From Rhodothermales bacterium (GTDB lineage: Bacteria; Bacteroidota; Rhodothermia; Rhodothermales; JANQRZ01): a stretch of DNA of 64,000 nucleotides. Position 1 is the stretch's first letter. Each line of letters opens with the position of its first letter. The stretch spans positions 622,959 through 686,958 of the forward strand of contig CBDCCX010000006.1 of the NCBI GenBank assembly GCA_965215165.1. The letters run 5' to 3'. Below the pieces are notes generated by a model. It was given only the letters and a program-made list of their open reading frames with translations, was not told where the DNA came from and did no database searches. This document shows, piece after piece, positions 35,053 through 46,310 of the stretch. The position numbers and the translations under genes were made by a program.

Positions 35053-37515
35053 TTACAGCGCTTCGGCGGCGCGGACCACGTCGGCGAGGAGGACGGAGGC
35101 GGTGATCTCGGCGCTCGCGCCCGGCCCTTGCAGCACGAGCGGGTCGCCGGCGTAGCGGTCGGTGTGGAAGGCGAGTACGTTGGCCGCGCCCCGGAGGTCC
35201 GCAAACGGCGAGGCGGGGTCGAGAACCTGGAGGCCCGCCCGGAGGCCGTCCGGCGCGAGGCGCGAGACGTACTGAAGCTGCTCGCCGGGCGCGAGGGCAC
35301 CGAGCCGGGCGCGCCACCCCGCATCGGCCTCGGGCAGACGCTCCCAGAAGGCCTCGGCCGGCACGTCGCGCAGCGGCTCGGGCACGAGCGACTCGACCTC
35401 GGCAGCGTCCGCCCGCAGGCCCATCTCCCGGGCGAGGATGAGGAGCTTGCGGCCCACGTCCTCGCCCGAGAGGTCGGCGCGCGGGTCGGGCTCGGTGTAG
35501 CCGCTGTCGGCGGCACGGCGGACAGCCTCGGAGAACGCCGCGCCCTCGCGCATCGCGTTGAAGACGAACGCGAGCGTGCCCGAGAGCACGCCCTCGACCC
35601 GGCGCACCGTGTCGCCCGTGCGGACCAGGTCGCGGAGCGTCGAGATCACCGACAGGCCCGCCCCGACCGTCGTCTCGTAGAGGAACGGGGCCTCGCCCTC
35701 GCGCGCCGCTGCGCGGAGGTCGTCGTAGAACGCGGCGTCGAGCGTGAGGGCCTGCTTGTTCGGCGTGACGACGCCTGCGCCCGTCCGCAGCCACTCGGCG
35801 TAGCGCCGGGCCACGGCCTCCGACGCGGTCGCATCGACCAGAACGATCCGTTCGAGCCGGGCTGAGGCGATCCGCTCGGTGAGCGCGCCGAGCACGTCGT
35901 CGCTAGGCTCTGCGCCGCCGAGCCGGCCGAGCGCCGCCTCGAACCCGAGGCCGGCCTCGTCCCACGCCAGCCGCCGCGAGCTCGCCAGGCCGACGAGCCG
36001 GAGGTTCAGCCGCTGCCGCTCCAGCAGGTCCGGGGCTTGGCGGGCCAGCAGCGCGAGAAGCCTGCGCCCAATCGTGCCGGTCCCGATGATCGCGAGGTGG
36101 GCCCGCGTCCGCCCGAGCGCGAACGCCTCGTGCAGCGCGCCGACGGCCGCCGGAGCCTCCGCATCGCCGACCACGGCCGACAGGTTGTGATCCGACGCCC
36201 CCTCGGCGATGGCGAGCACGTTGACCCGCGCTCGCCCGAGCGTGGCGAACATCCGGCCGGCCAGTCCCGCCGTCTCCCGCATCCCGCGCCCGACGCCCGC
36301 AACGAGGGCGAGGTCCGGCGTCGCGCCGATGCCGCGCAGGTCCCCCCGCTCGCGCTCGCGCTCGAAGGCTCGCTCCAGCACCCAGACGGCCTCCGCCGCA
36401 TCGCCGCCGCGCACGGCGAAGCACAGGCTCCCCTCGCTCGACGCCTGCGCGATCAGCAGGACCGGCAGCTCGGCAGCGGCGAGCGCGGCGAAGGCGCGGG
36501 CCGTGAGGTCCGGCACGCCGAGAAGGCCTGCGCCGTCGAGGCTCACGAGCGCCGCGTTGCGGACCGAGGTGACGGCCCGGATCGCGGCACCGCTCGGCGG
36601 CGGGTCGGCTAGGACGAGCGTCCCGGCGGCGTCGGGCCGGAAGGTGTTCTTGATCCGCAGCGGGATGCCCTTCTTTTCGAGCGGCCGCATCGTGCCCCAG
36701 TGGAGCACCTTCGCGCCGAAGTGGGCGAGCTCGGCCGCCTCCCGGTAGGAGAGATGCGGCAGGGTGAACGCCTCCGGCACGACGCGCGGGTCGGCCGAGA
36801 GCACCCCGTCCACGTCCGTCCAGATCACGACCTCGGCCGCGCCGAGCGCGCCGCCGAGGATCGTCGCCGTGTAGTCGCTTCCGGAGCGACCGAGCGTCGT
36901 CGTGACACCCTCGGCCGTCGAGGCGACAAACCCGGTGACGACGGGGATAGTCTCGGGCGCGATCCCGGCAAAGGCCGTCTGCACGAGGCGCTCCGTCTCG
37001 GCGAAGTGGACGGCGGCCTCGCCCCAGTCGGCGTCGGTGCGGATGAAGTCGCGCGCGTCGAGGGCGACGGCCTCGTGCCCAGCCTGCCGGAACGCGGCCG
37101 CGACGAGCGGAGCCGAGAGACGTTCGCCCGCCGAGAGGATGGCGTCCTGGAAGCGCGGCGTGCACTCGCGCAGGAGGTACACCCCGTGGAGCAGCTCGGC
37201 GGTTGCGTCGAAGACCGCGCCCAGGGTAGGGCGGACGTGCTCGCGCTCAGCCTCGAGGACCAGGGTGCCGAGCGCCTCGGCGTGGCGGGTGCGGAGCGCC
37301 TCGAGGATCCGGTCGTGCTCCCCCGTCCGTGCCTTCGCCGCCTCGATGGCCGCCAGCAGCCGGTCCGTCACGCCGCCGAAAGCCGAGGTCACGACCACGC
37401 GCCGGCCGGGCATTGCCGCCACGAGCCGGACCACCTCGCGGACCCGTTCCGGCGTCGCCACCGAGGTCCCGCCGAACTTGGCGATGCGGAGCGGAGCGGC
37501 GGGCGCGGCGGGCAT
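35053..37515 (-). CDS. thrA: Bifunctional aspartokinase / homoserine dehydrogenase
   Basis: ATG at 37515. 820 aa. Aspartokinase N-terminus LRIAKFGGTSV, a central ACT-like region, and a C-terminal homoserine dehydrogenase (HLAIIGTGTIGRRLL...VVTPNK...SGYTEPDPRADLSGEDVGRKLLILARE). Confidence 0.9.
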   Translation of the reverse strand: MPAAPAAPLRIAKFGGTSVATPERVREVVRLVAAMPGRRVVVTSAFGGVTDRLLAAIEAAKARTGEHDRILEALRTRHAEALGTLVLEAEREHVRPTLGAVFDATAELLHGVYLLRECTPRFQDAILSAGERLSAPLVAAAFRQAGHEAVALDARDFIRTDADWGEAAVHFAETERLVQTAFAGIAPETIPVVTGFVASTAEGVTTTLGRSGSDYTATILGGALGAAEVVIWTDVDGVLSADPRVVPEAFTLPHLSYREAAELAHFGAKVLHWGTMRPLEKKGIPLRIKNTFRPDAAGTLVLADPPPSGAAIRAVTSVRNAALVSLDGAGLLGVPDLTARAFAALAAAELPVLLIAQASSEGSLCFAVRGGDAAEAVWVLERAFERERERGDLRGIGATPDLALVAGVGRGMRETAGLAGRMFATLGRARVNVLAIAEGASDHNLSAVVGDAEAPAAVGALHEAFALGRTRAHLAIIGTGTIGRRLLALLARQAPDLLERQRLNLRLVGLASSRRLAWDEAGLGFEAALGRLGGAEPSDDVLGALTERIASARLERIVLVDATASEAVARRYAEWLRTGAGVVTPNKQALTLDAAFYDDLRAAAREGEAPFLYETTVGAGLSVISTLRDLVRTGDTVRRVEGVLSGTLAFVFNAMREGAAFSEAVRRAADSGYTEPDPRADLSGEDVGRKLLILAREMGLRADAAEVESLVPEPLRDVPAEAFWERLPEADAGWRARLGALAPGEQLQYVSRLAPDGLRAGLQVLDPASPFADLRGAANVLAFHTDRYAGDPLVLQGPGASAEITASVLLADVVRAAEAL

Positions 37516-37644
37516 AGGCGAGGGGAGAGGGGAGCGCGCAAGATACCGACCCCGGTTTTCTGTCTTTGCTCGGTCTCCATTGACAGGCAGCGCGGCGACT
37601 TCGTAGATTGGCCGCCTCTGCCGCATCCCTTCGGGGCACCCTTC

Positions 37645-37717
37645 GGGGCATTAGCTCAGTTGGTAGAGCGCGTCGCTGGCAGCGACGAGGTCAACGGTTC
37701 GAATCCGTTATGCTCCA
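37645..37717 (+). tRNA. tRNA-Ala (anticodon GGC)
   Basis: Manual cloverleaf. Acceptor stem GGGGCAT/ATGCTCC with the G3:U70 Ala identity pair. D arm GCTC-AGTTGGTA-GAGC. Anticodon arm CGTCG-CTGGCAG-CGACG. T arm AACGG-TTCGAAT-CCGTT. Discriminator A. CCA is not fully encoded. Confidence 0.9.
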
Positions 37718-37722
37718 CCTGG

Positions 37723-37757
37723 AACGCCCCCCATCCACCGTGTGGGTCGGGGGCGTT
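37723..37757 (+). terminator. Hairpin AACGCCCCC...GGGGGCGTT followed by TCT, just 3' of tRNA-Ala
   Basis: 9-bp GC-rich arms at 37723-37731 and 37749-37757, read directly. Confidence 0.55.
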
Positions 37758-37812
37758 TCTCATGTCTTCTCCTCGCTCGACGCTGAGCTGCTATCAGCGG
37801 CGCACGTTGTGT

Positions 37813-38085
37813 TTACTGCCCGTCGAGGTAGGCCGTAAGCTCGTCCGAGGTCTGGAGCACATGGTCGTGGCGGAGCAGGTCGGAATGCTGCTGGTCTGGG
37901 GCGTAGCCGGTCGGCATCGCGGTGCGCTTGCTGACAACCCACGAGTGGAGCGGGTCGCGGGGGCGGCCGTTCATCAGGAACATCGCCGGGACGCCGAGGA
38001 GGCCGGCGACGGCCCCGTAGGTCGCTCGCCTCCGGCCGGCCTCGAGGGCGACGAGGATGCGCATGAGGTCGTCCGGTTTGGGCAT
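37813..38085 (-). CDS. Small hypothetical protein, possibly an MGMT/ATL-like DNA-binding domain without a catalytic Cys motif
   Basis: 90 aa. The segment ATYGAVAGLLGVPAMFLMNGRPRDPLHSWVVSKRTAMPTGY loosely resembles the tYG.vA...G....R.VG....PwHRVv pattern of the MGMT C-terminal domain. This is unverified. Confidence 0.35.
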   Translation of the reverse strand: MPKPDDLMRILVALEAGRRRATYGAVAGLLGVPAMFLMNGRPRDPLHSWVVSKRTAMPTGYAPDQQHSDLLRHDHVLQTSDELTAYLDGQ

Positions 38086-38104
38086 CTATGTAGGGGCGAA
38101 ATTG

Positions 38105-38524
38105 CTAGAGCGTATTATGAACTCGGCCCCCCTAGCAGGGGGGCAGCGAGGCTGCTGGCGGGACGAGCGGGGGGTCGAGGGCGGTTGGCACCCTGTTGCT
38201 CCACCCCTCGACCCCCTCCTGTCCTCCCCCTGCTAGGCTGCTAGGGGGAGGTATTCACAAAATCAACCTCGACCTCTCGGGGTCGGCTCGGCCATCGATG
38301 CGCTTCACCCCTCACACATCAGTCATCCCCGACCCCGATCGGGGACCCACAGGCGTGCTGACCGGTGGGTCCCCGCCTTCGCGGGGATGACGAGTATAGA
38401 GGGTTGGAGCCCAGCGTGGCACTCTTCTACGAAAACCTCCCCTTGTCAGCTCTGCTAGGGGGAGGAACACGATTCCAGGACGAGACAGCCGTCTGGATAG
38501 GCTCAGGTTCATAACACGCTCTAA
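38105..38524. mobile_element. About 420-bp hairpin-dense element bounded by imperfect inverted repeats (MITE-like or structured RNA; function unknown)
   Basis: Left end CTAGAGCGTATTATGAAC (38105-38122). The right end 38507-38524 reverse-complements to TTAGAGCGTGTTATGAAC (16 of 18 match). The interior holds at least five GC hairpins at 38127-38143, 38169-38216, 38222-38250, 38322-38391 and 38437-38466. No transposase gene and no target-site duplication were seen. Confidence 0.3.
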
Positions 38525-38774
38525 CAGTCTATGACGCTTTGGGAACTTCAAATGTCGGTGCGGCAAATTCAATCGCCACTTGAAAATAATGTATTTTATT
38601 AATGAAAGTAACTGTAAACACAATGTATAAATGCTTAATTTACTTTAATTCATCCAGACTTGATTTTGTGATTCTAGTACTCTATATTGTCGATGTAAGG
38701 GATAGTGGTGATTGCCCAACACCTATCACCATTCAACGTCCTGTCCTTCCGTACCATCTCAAGTGAGGTCTGCC

Positions 38775-39230
38775 ATGAAGAACGTTCTCATCATCGCTCT
38801 AACGCTTTCCCTTGGAGTGCTCATAGGCTGCGATAGCGCTTCGGTTACGTCTAGTGATAGCGAGTTGACTGATCCCGCACCTGCTGCCTCAGCCTCTTCA
38901 CCTATCATCTACGGTCCTACCGAATTTGCAGGCCCATGCACTTTTTTTGTTGCAGTTCCTCCTAGCGTGCCAAACAGCCTTATTAGATGGACGGTGGGTC
39001 CTGACGATGAGGGTAACATAAACTTTAATATAATCGGGAGCCCTAGGGGGCGCAGTATTGTTGTGCGACACAAAGGTACCTTTGGAGGTGGCGGTTATGG
39101 CTCGGGAACCCTCTTTGTATGGGTTCAGGACCCTTCTAATGGAGGTTCATTAGACATAACGACAACGAAAACAAACATTCTCACTTTCAGGAATACAGGG
39201 GAGTGCACATCTTCGGGTACCCCAGTCTAG
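38775..39230 (+). CDS. Low-GC lipoprotein of unknown function
   Basis: ATG at 38775, preceded by GAGG. Signal peptide plus lipobox MKNVLIIALTLSLGVLIGC. Codon usage is clearly AT-richer than in neighbouring genes. It is preceded by an extremely AT-rich stretch (38581-38640 has only 11 G/C in 60 nt). Confidence 0.6.
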   Translation: MKNVLIIALTLSLGVLIGCDSASVTSSDSELTDPAPAASASSPIIYGPTEFAGPCTFFVAVPPSVPNSLIRWTVGPDDEGNINFNIIGSPRGRSIVVRHKGTFGGGGYGSGTLFVWVQDPSNGGSLDITTTKTNILTFRNTGECTSSGTPV

Positions 39231-39251
39231 ACGCTTCTGTATTTTGACAAA

Positions 39252-39288
39252 GGAGCACTCCGGTAGATTGTATCTGCCGGAGTGCTCC
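39252..39288. terminator. Bidirectional terminator hairpin GGAGCACTCCGG-N13-CCGGAGTGCTCC between the lipoprotein gene and gyrA
   Basis: 12-bp perfect arms at 39252-39263 and 39277-39288. An A/T-rich TTTTGACAAA lies on the 5' side and ATGTTT on the 3' side. Confidence 0.7.
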
Positions 39289-39307
39289 ATGTTTACACAG
39301 CAAGAGT

Positions 39308-41935
<2,628 letters not shown>

Positions 41936-42152
41936 AGGGTCGGTCGGTGTAGGGTTCGCTAGCTGTGTCCGCTATCTATATAAGGTACGAAACCGGGCCG
42001 TCGACCGTCTGCCGGGGGGCATTCGTAATGCGTGAAACGGCGGGAGGTCGGGACCGGGCGGACCGGCGAGGCGGCCGGGACCGCCGCGCTCCGGGCGACG
42101 GCACGCCGTGTCCCTACGGCCCTACCGTCTTACCGCCCACTGGCGCGCCGTC

Positions 42153-43139
42153 TCAGTAAGCCACCAGGACGAAGGCCGGGCGCGGCGTCAGGCGGATGCC
42201 GGGGGCCGGGAAGTGGCCGTAGTGGAGCCACCCCGCGAGCGTGTCCCAGACCTTCCCTTTGAAGGGCAGCACCGTCGGCTCGATGTCGAGCGCGAGCCAG
42301 ACGTAGCTCGTCGTCAGGAACTCCTGCTCGTCGAGGTCGCGCGCGGCGTAGCCGACGGCGAGGTTCAGCCACTCGGGGAGGACGCCCTTGGCAGACTCGG
42401 GCGCGAGGGCGTGGAGGTTGGCCGTGAGCCAGAAGCTCTGCCCGGCGTAGTCGTCGGTGAAGTTCTTGCCCTCCCAGCCGCTCGGCCAGTAGCTCGCCTT
42501 GACCGTGAAGGCGTCGAGGGCCGGGACGTAGGCCTGCGCCGTCGTGAAGCCGATCCCGAGCGTGTTGAAGGCGAGGTCGCCGGGCGAGAAGCCCCACTGG
42601 GTGCCGAAGCCGTCGAGGAACTCGTAGTAGAACATCTGCGCCCACGCCGCGCCGGCCCCCCACAGCGGGGCGTCACGCTCGGGCACGCCGGCCCACGCGA
42701 ACGAGGCGCGGTAGAACCGGGCGAAGAACGACGACGAGTAGACGTGCCCGGCCTTGTCGGCCCAGCGGACGTAGTCCCAGTCGTTGAGGATGCGGAAGTC
42801 CGGGTTGCGGTCGGCCCACCAGCGGCGGCGCTGCGTCTCGAGCACAGCCAGCCCGGCCCCGGCGCTGAGGCCCGTCACGGCGGCGACCCGCCAGCCGTTG
42901 AGGTGCGGCGGGGGCGCGCCGAGCGTGTCGGACACAGCGGGAGACGCCGCCTCGCCCGGCCGAGCGGCCATCGAGTCCGGCCCCGCGACCAGCACGGTAT
43001 CCACGGTGTCCTGCACGGTGTCTTGGGCCGCGCTCTGGGCGCGAACCGGGAGGGCCAGGGCGACGAGCACGGCGAGCACGAGCGCGGCCGGGCGACGGCA
43101 TCGCTGGATCCGTATAGTAGCTCGGTCCGGCTCGGTCAT
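42153..43139 (-). CDS. DUF2279-like exported protein
   Basis: ATG at 43139 with a signal-like N-terminus (RRPAALVLAVLVALALPVRAQ). The segment WADKAGHVYSSSFFARF resembles the DUF2279/YfiM core. The C-terminal half has alternating aromatic residues, as in beta-strand-rich proteins. Confidence 0.5.
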   Translation of the reverse strand: MTEPDRATIRIQRCRRPAALVLAVLVALALPVRAQSAAQDTVQDTVDTVLVAGPDSMAARPGEAASPAVSDTLGAPPPHLNGWRVAAVTGLSAGAGLAVLETQRRRWWADRNPDFRILNDWDYVRWADKAGHVYSSSFFARFYRASFAWAGVPERDAPLWGAGAAWAQMFYYEFLDGFGTQWGFSPGDLAFNTLGIGFTTAQAYVPALDAFTVKASYWPSGWEGKNFTDDYAGQSFWLTANLHALAPESAKGVLPEWLNLAVGYAARDLDEQEFLTTSYVWLALDIEPTVLPFKGKVWDTLAGWLHYGHFPAPGIRLTPRPAFVLVAY

Positions 43140-43418
43140 AGGGAAGAGATCGAAAAGACGCACCAGGGCGAAGGGCCACCGTCCGCGCAAACTACGGCCG
43201 GAACGGGGCGGCGGTGCCGAGTCGCCGCGCTCCACGCGCCAAGCCTGACGCCGGGATGCTAAAGAAGCGGTATCGTATATTCCGTCGATAGAGGGTTATC
43301 TTGCGATCGCGAGCTACACATGCCACGAAAAGATTCGAAGGTGGAGGAGGCGACTGGAGAGGCCGGGTGTGACCAATCATCTGTATGTAAACAATAGAAA
43401 CGGCTAGGACCGAAGCGC

Positions 43419-44105
43419 ATGCCCGGAGGAAAGAAAGGCAAGCAAGTGCGCCTACTCGTGGTGGACGACCATCCGATCGTCCGGCACGGCATCGTGCAGC
43501 TCATCGAGCAGCTCGACGGCTACGAAGTGGTAGCGCAAGCCGGTACCGCCCCGGAGGCCCTGAACCTCGCCGTCAGCGATAGCTACGACCTCGCTATCAT
43601 CGACGTCTCCCTGCAGGGGCTGAGCGGACTGGAGCTAGTCAAGCAGATCCGCGAGCACGGCATCGAGATGCCGGTGCTGATGATGTCGATGCACGACGAG
43701 TCGTTCTACGCGGAGCGCTCGCTGCGGGCCGGGGCGCAGGGGTACGTGATGAAGCAGCGCGCCACGGCTGAGATCGTCTCGGCCATCGACCAGGTGATGG
43801 GCGGCGAGCTGTACCTCAGCGAGGAGCTGTCGGACAAGCTGCTGCGCCGCGCCGTCGGTGGGACCGTCGCGCCGGGCCAGGACGGCATCGCGCAGCTCTC
43901 CGACCGCGAGCTGGAGGTGCTACAGCTCCTCGGGCAGGGCGTCTCCACGCGCGAGGCCGCCGAGCGGCTCAGCCTCAGCGTCAAGACCATCGAGTCCTAC
44001 CGGGCCAACATCAAGCGCAAGCTCGAGCTCAAGAACGCGACCGAGCTGATGCGCTTCGCCTTCGACTGGGTGCGGGCCTCTGCGGGGGAAGGGGACGCGG
44101 AGTAG
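43419..44105 (+). CDS. NarL/LuxR-family response regulator (REC + HTH_LuxR)
   Basis: 228 aa. REC motifs VRLLVVDDHPIVRHG and DLAIIDVSL (phospho-Asp context). HTH: LSDRELEVLQLLGQGVSTREAAERLSLSVKTIESYRANIKRKL. Confidence 0.9.
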   Translation: MPGGKKGKQVRLLVVDDHPIVRHGIVQLIEQLDGYEVVAQAGTAPEALNLAVSDSYDLAIIDVSLQGLSGLELVKQIREHGIEMPVLMMSMHDESFYAERSLRAGAQGYVMKQRATAEIVSAIDQVMGGELYLSEELSDKLLRRAVGGTVAPGQDGIAQLSDRELEVLQLLGQGVSTREAAERLSLSVKTIESYRANIKRKLELKNATELMRFAFDWVRASAGEGDAE

Positions 44106-44376
44106 GTGGGGTCTCCACCGCCGCGTCCGGCCTCCGCGTCTGCCCCGTCGGTTCCGCTCCGGCGGGTGGATAGGCCGAGGCGGGCACGTCGCGACGTGCG
44201 GTGAACCCCGCCCCCGGAATGGGAGAATTGCCTGCGTTCGAACGGGGTGTGTTCCTGCTGTTCTCTCTCCTCGAGAGTTCTTAAATAGGTAACGCGGCGG
44301 CCGGGACCGCTGCCGGGCACGAGGGTAGGTTGCTGGACCTACGCCACCCGCACCACCACGACTGTTGAGAGGAGCC

Positions 44377-44745
44377 ATGAGCATGACTACGCTGAGGACC
44401 CAACGCCCGTCCTACACGCTGTCTCTGGTGGACCGGGGCGGCCTGGTGCAGTATCAGAGCGCCGCCATCGAGGCCCTGCTCGGCCACCGGCCGAACGACC
44501 TCGCCGGGGCGGCGTGGTTCTCTCTCGCCCACCCCGAGGACGCGCCGCCGGTGCGGGCCCAGTTCGCGGACCTCGTGAGCGGGAACGAGGCCAAGGCCCG
44601 GTGGGTGCTCCGCTTCCGCGCGGCCGAAGGCGGATGGCGGCACGTCGAGGTGTACGCCCGCAACCTGATGGTGGACCCGGACGTGGGCGGCGTCCTGCTG
44701 AGCCTCCGCGCCCTCGGCGAGCGGCACGACGAGGCGGCCCGATGA
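44377..44745 (+). CDS. Stand-alone PAS-domain protein
   Basis: ATG at 44377, preceded by GAGAGGAG. 122 aa. The sequence is PAS-like (YTLSLVDRGGLVQYQSAAIEALLGHRPNDLAG...FSLAHPEDAP...WRHVEVYARNLMVDPDVGGVLLSLR). No kinase domain follows. Confidence 0.6.
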   Translation: MSMTTLRTQRPSYTLSLVDRGGLVQYQSAAIEALLGHRPNDLAGAAWFSLAHPEDAPPVRAQFADLVSGNEAKARWVLRFRAAEGGWRHVEVYARNLMVDPDVGGVLLSLRALGERHDEAAR

Positions 44746-44872
44746 GCTGGCGAACTTCCGACGTGACGCGCCTCTGGGCACGCAGGTCAAACCGAGGGGG
44801 GCACGGTGGGCGCGAGGCGTCTGCCGAGGCGGGGCAGAGTATCTTTCGGCTCACCCCACTGCTCCGGTTCTC

Positions 44873-46300
44873 ATGGAACGTCGTACCAAGATCGTCTGCA
44901 CCCTCGGCCCAGCCTCGTCCAGCCCCGAGGTCATCCGCGGGCTGATCGCGGCGGGCCTCAACGTGGCGCGGCTCAACTTCTCCCACGGCACGCACGACGA
45001 CCACCGCGAGACCATCCGCGTGGTCCGCGAGGAGTCCGAGCGCGCCGGCCGCGTGGTCCCTATCCTGCAGGACCTGCAAGGGCCGAAGATCCGCCTCGGC
45101 ACCGTCGAGCACGGCGGCGTGCTGATCCACAAGGGGCAGACGCTGGTGCTGACGAGCGAGCCGCTCGAGGTCAGCACCCTCGAGCGAGTGTTCGTTTCCT
45201 ACGACTCGCTGGCCGACGACGTGGAGCCGGGCGGGCGCATCCTGATCGACGACGGGCTGATCGAGCTGCGCGTCACGGCCGTCAACGGGACCGAGGTCGA
45301 GACCGAGGTCGTCGTCGGCGGGCCGCTGCGCTCGAAGAAGGGCGTCAACCTGCCGCACATCCGCACCACCCGGCCGTCGATGACCGAGAAGGACATCGAG
45401 GACCTGGAGTTCGGCCTCGCCAACCACGTGGACTTCATCGCGCTCTCGTTCGTCCGCACCGGCGTGGACGTGGACGTGCTCCTGGACCGGGTGCGCGCGA
45501 GCGGCCGCGAGGTCGGCATCATCGCCAAGATCGAGAAGCCCGAGGCGGTCGAGCACTTCGACGAGATCCTCGGCAAGGTGGACGGCATCATGATCGCGCG
45601 CGGCGACCTGGGCATCGAGATGCCGATGCAGGAGGTCCCCATCGTGCAGAAGCAGATCATCCGCAAGTGCCTGGACGCCGCCAAGCCGGTCATCACGGCC
45701 ACCCAGATGCTCGAGTCGATGATGGACAACCCCCGCCCGACGCGCGCCGAGGCCTCGGACGTGGCGAACGCCGTGCTCGACGGCTCCGACGCCGTGATGC
45801 TCTCCGGCGAGACCGCCGCCGGCAAGTACCCCGTCCGCACCGTCGAGGCGATGAACGAGATCATCCGCACCGCCGAGCGCAACCGCGTCGGCCTCGGCGG
45901 CTGGCAGGCCGCGAGCCAGGTCTACGCCGACGAAGACAGCCGCGTGACGCGCGCGATCTCCTACACGGCGGTCGAGCTCGCCCAGGAGGTCGGGGCCGTC
46001 GCCATCGCGTGCCTGACGCACTCCGGCTCGACGGCCCGCGCCATCGCCCGCCACCGGCCCTCGGTGCCGGTGCTGGCGTTCACCGACAAGCAGCGCGTGC
46101 TCGGCCGCCTCGCGCTCGTCTGGGGCACGCGCGGCGTCGGCGTCCCCTTCCAGCACCACACCGACGACGGCATCGGCACCGTGCGCCGCATCCTGATTGA
46201 GCGCGGCGTGGCCGGGCCGGGCGACCGCATCGTGATCACGGCCGGCCTCCCGCTACCGGCGAAGGGCCTGACCAACATGGTCCACGTGAGCGAGCTGTAG
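44873..46300 (+). CDS. pyk: Pyruvate kinase
   Basis: 475 aa. Motifs seen: RRTKIVCTLGPAS, ARLNFSHGTH, GPKIRLG, IMIARGDLGIEMP, and ATQMLESMM. Confidence 0.95.
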   Translation: MERRTKIVCTLGPASSSPEVIRGLIAAGLNVARLNFSHGTHDDHRETIRVVREESERAGRVVPILQDLQGPKIRLGTVEHGGVLIHKGQTLVLTSEPLEVSTLERVFVSYDSLADDVEPGGRILIDDGLIELRVTAVNGTEVETEVVVGGPLRSKKGVNLPHIRTTRPSMTEKDIEDLEFGLANHVDFIALSFVRTGVDVDVLLDRVRASGREVGIIAKIEKPEAVEHFDEILGKVDGIMIARGDLGIEMPMQEVPIVQKQIIRKCLDAAKPVITATQMLESMMDNPRPTRAEASDVANAVLDGSDAVMLSGETAAGKYPVRTVEAMNEIIRTAERNRVGLGGWQAASQVYADEDSRVTRAISYTAVELAQEVGAVAIACLTHSGSTARAIARHRPSVPVLAFTDKQRVLGRLALVWGTRGVGVPFQHHTDDGIGTVRRILIERGVAGPGDRIVITAGLPLPAKGLTNMVHVSEL

Positions 46301-46310
46301 CCCAGGCCGG

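Noticed and set aside
37516-37644. A possible lysine riboswitch (L-box) or attenuator in the thrA leader
   Set aside because: The leader contains AGAGGCG, GTCGCCG and CTGTCAA strings and a stem (GGCAG-AG-GCGGC...GCCGC-G-CTGCC). But only about 128 nt are available before the divergent tRNA gene, which is shorter than an L-box, and the order of conserved blocks does not match. A cmsearch with RF00168 would settle it.
38312-38623. A 103-aa minus-strand ORF in the tRNA-Ala islet
   Set aside because: It is assembled from the GC hairpins of the inverted-repeat-bounded element plus AT-rich intergenic DNA. It has no coherent codon usage and no motifs.
41936-42152. An AT-rich patch (CTATCTATATAAGGTAC) upstream of gyrA considered as an annotated promoter
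   Set aside because: It is plausibly a -10-like element for gyrA on the minus strand. I cannot define -35/-33 and -10/-7 boxes with confidence without a validated consensus for this lineage, so it is not listed as a feature.
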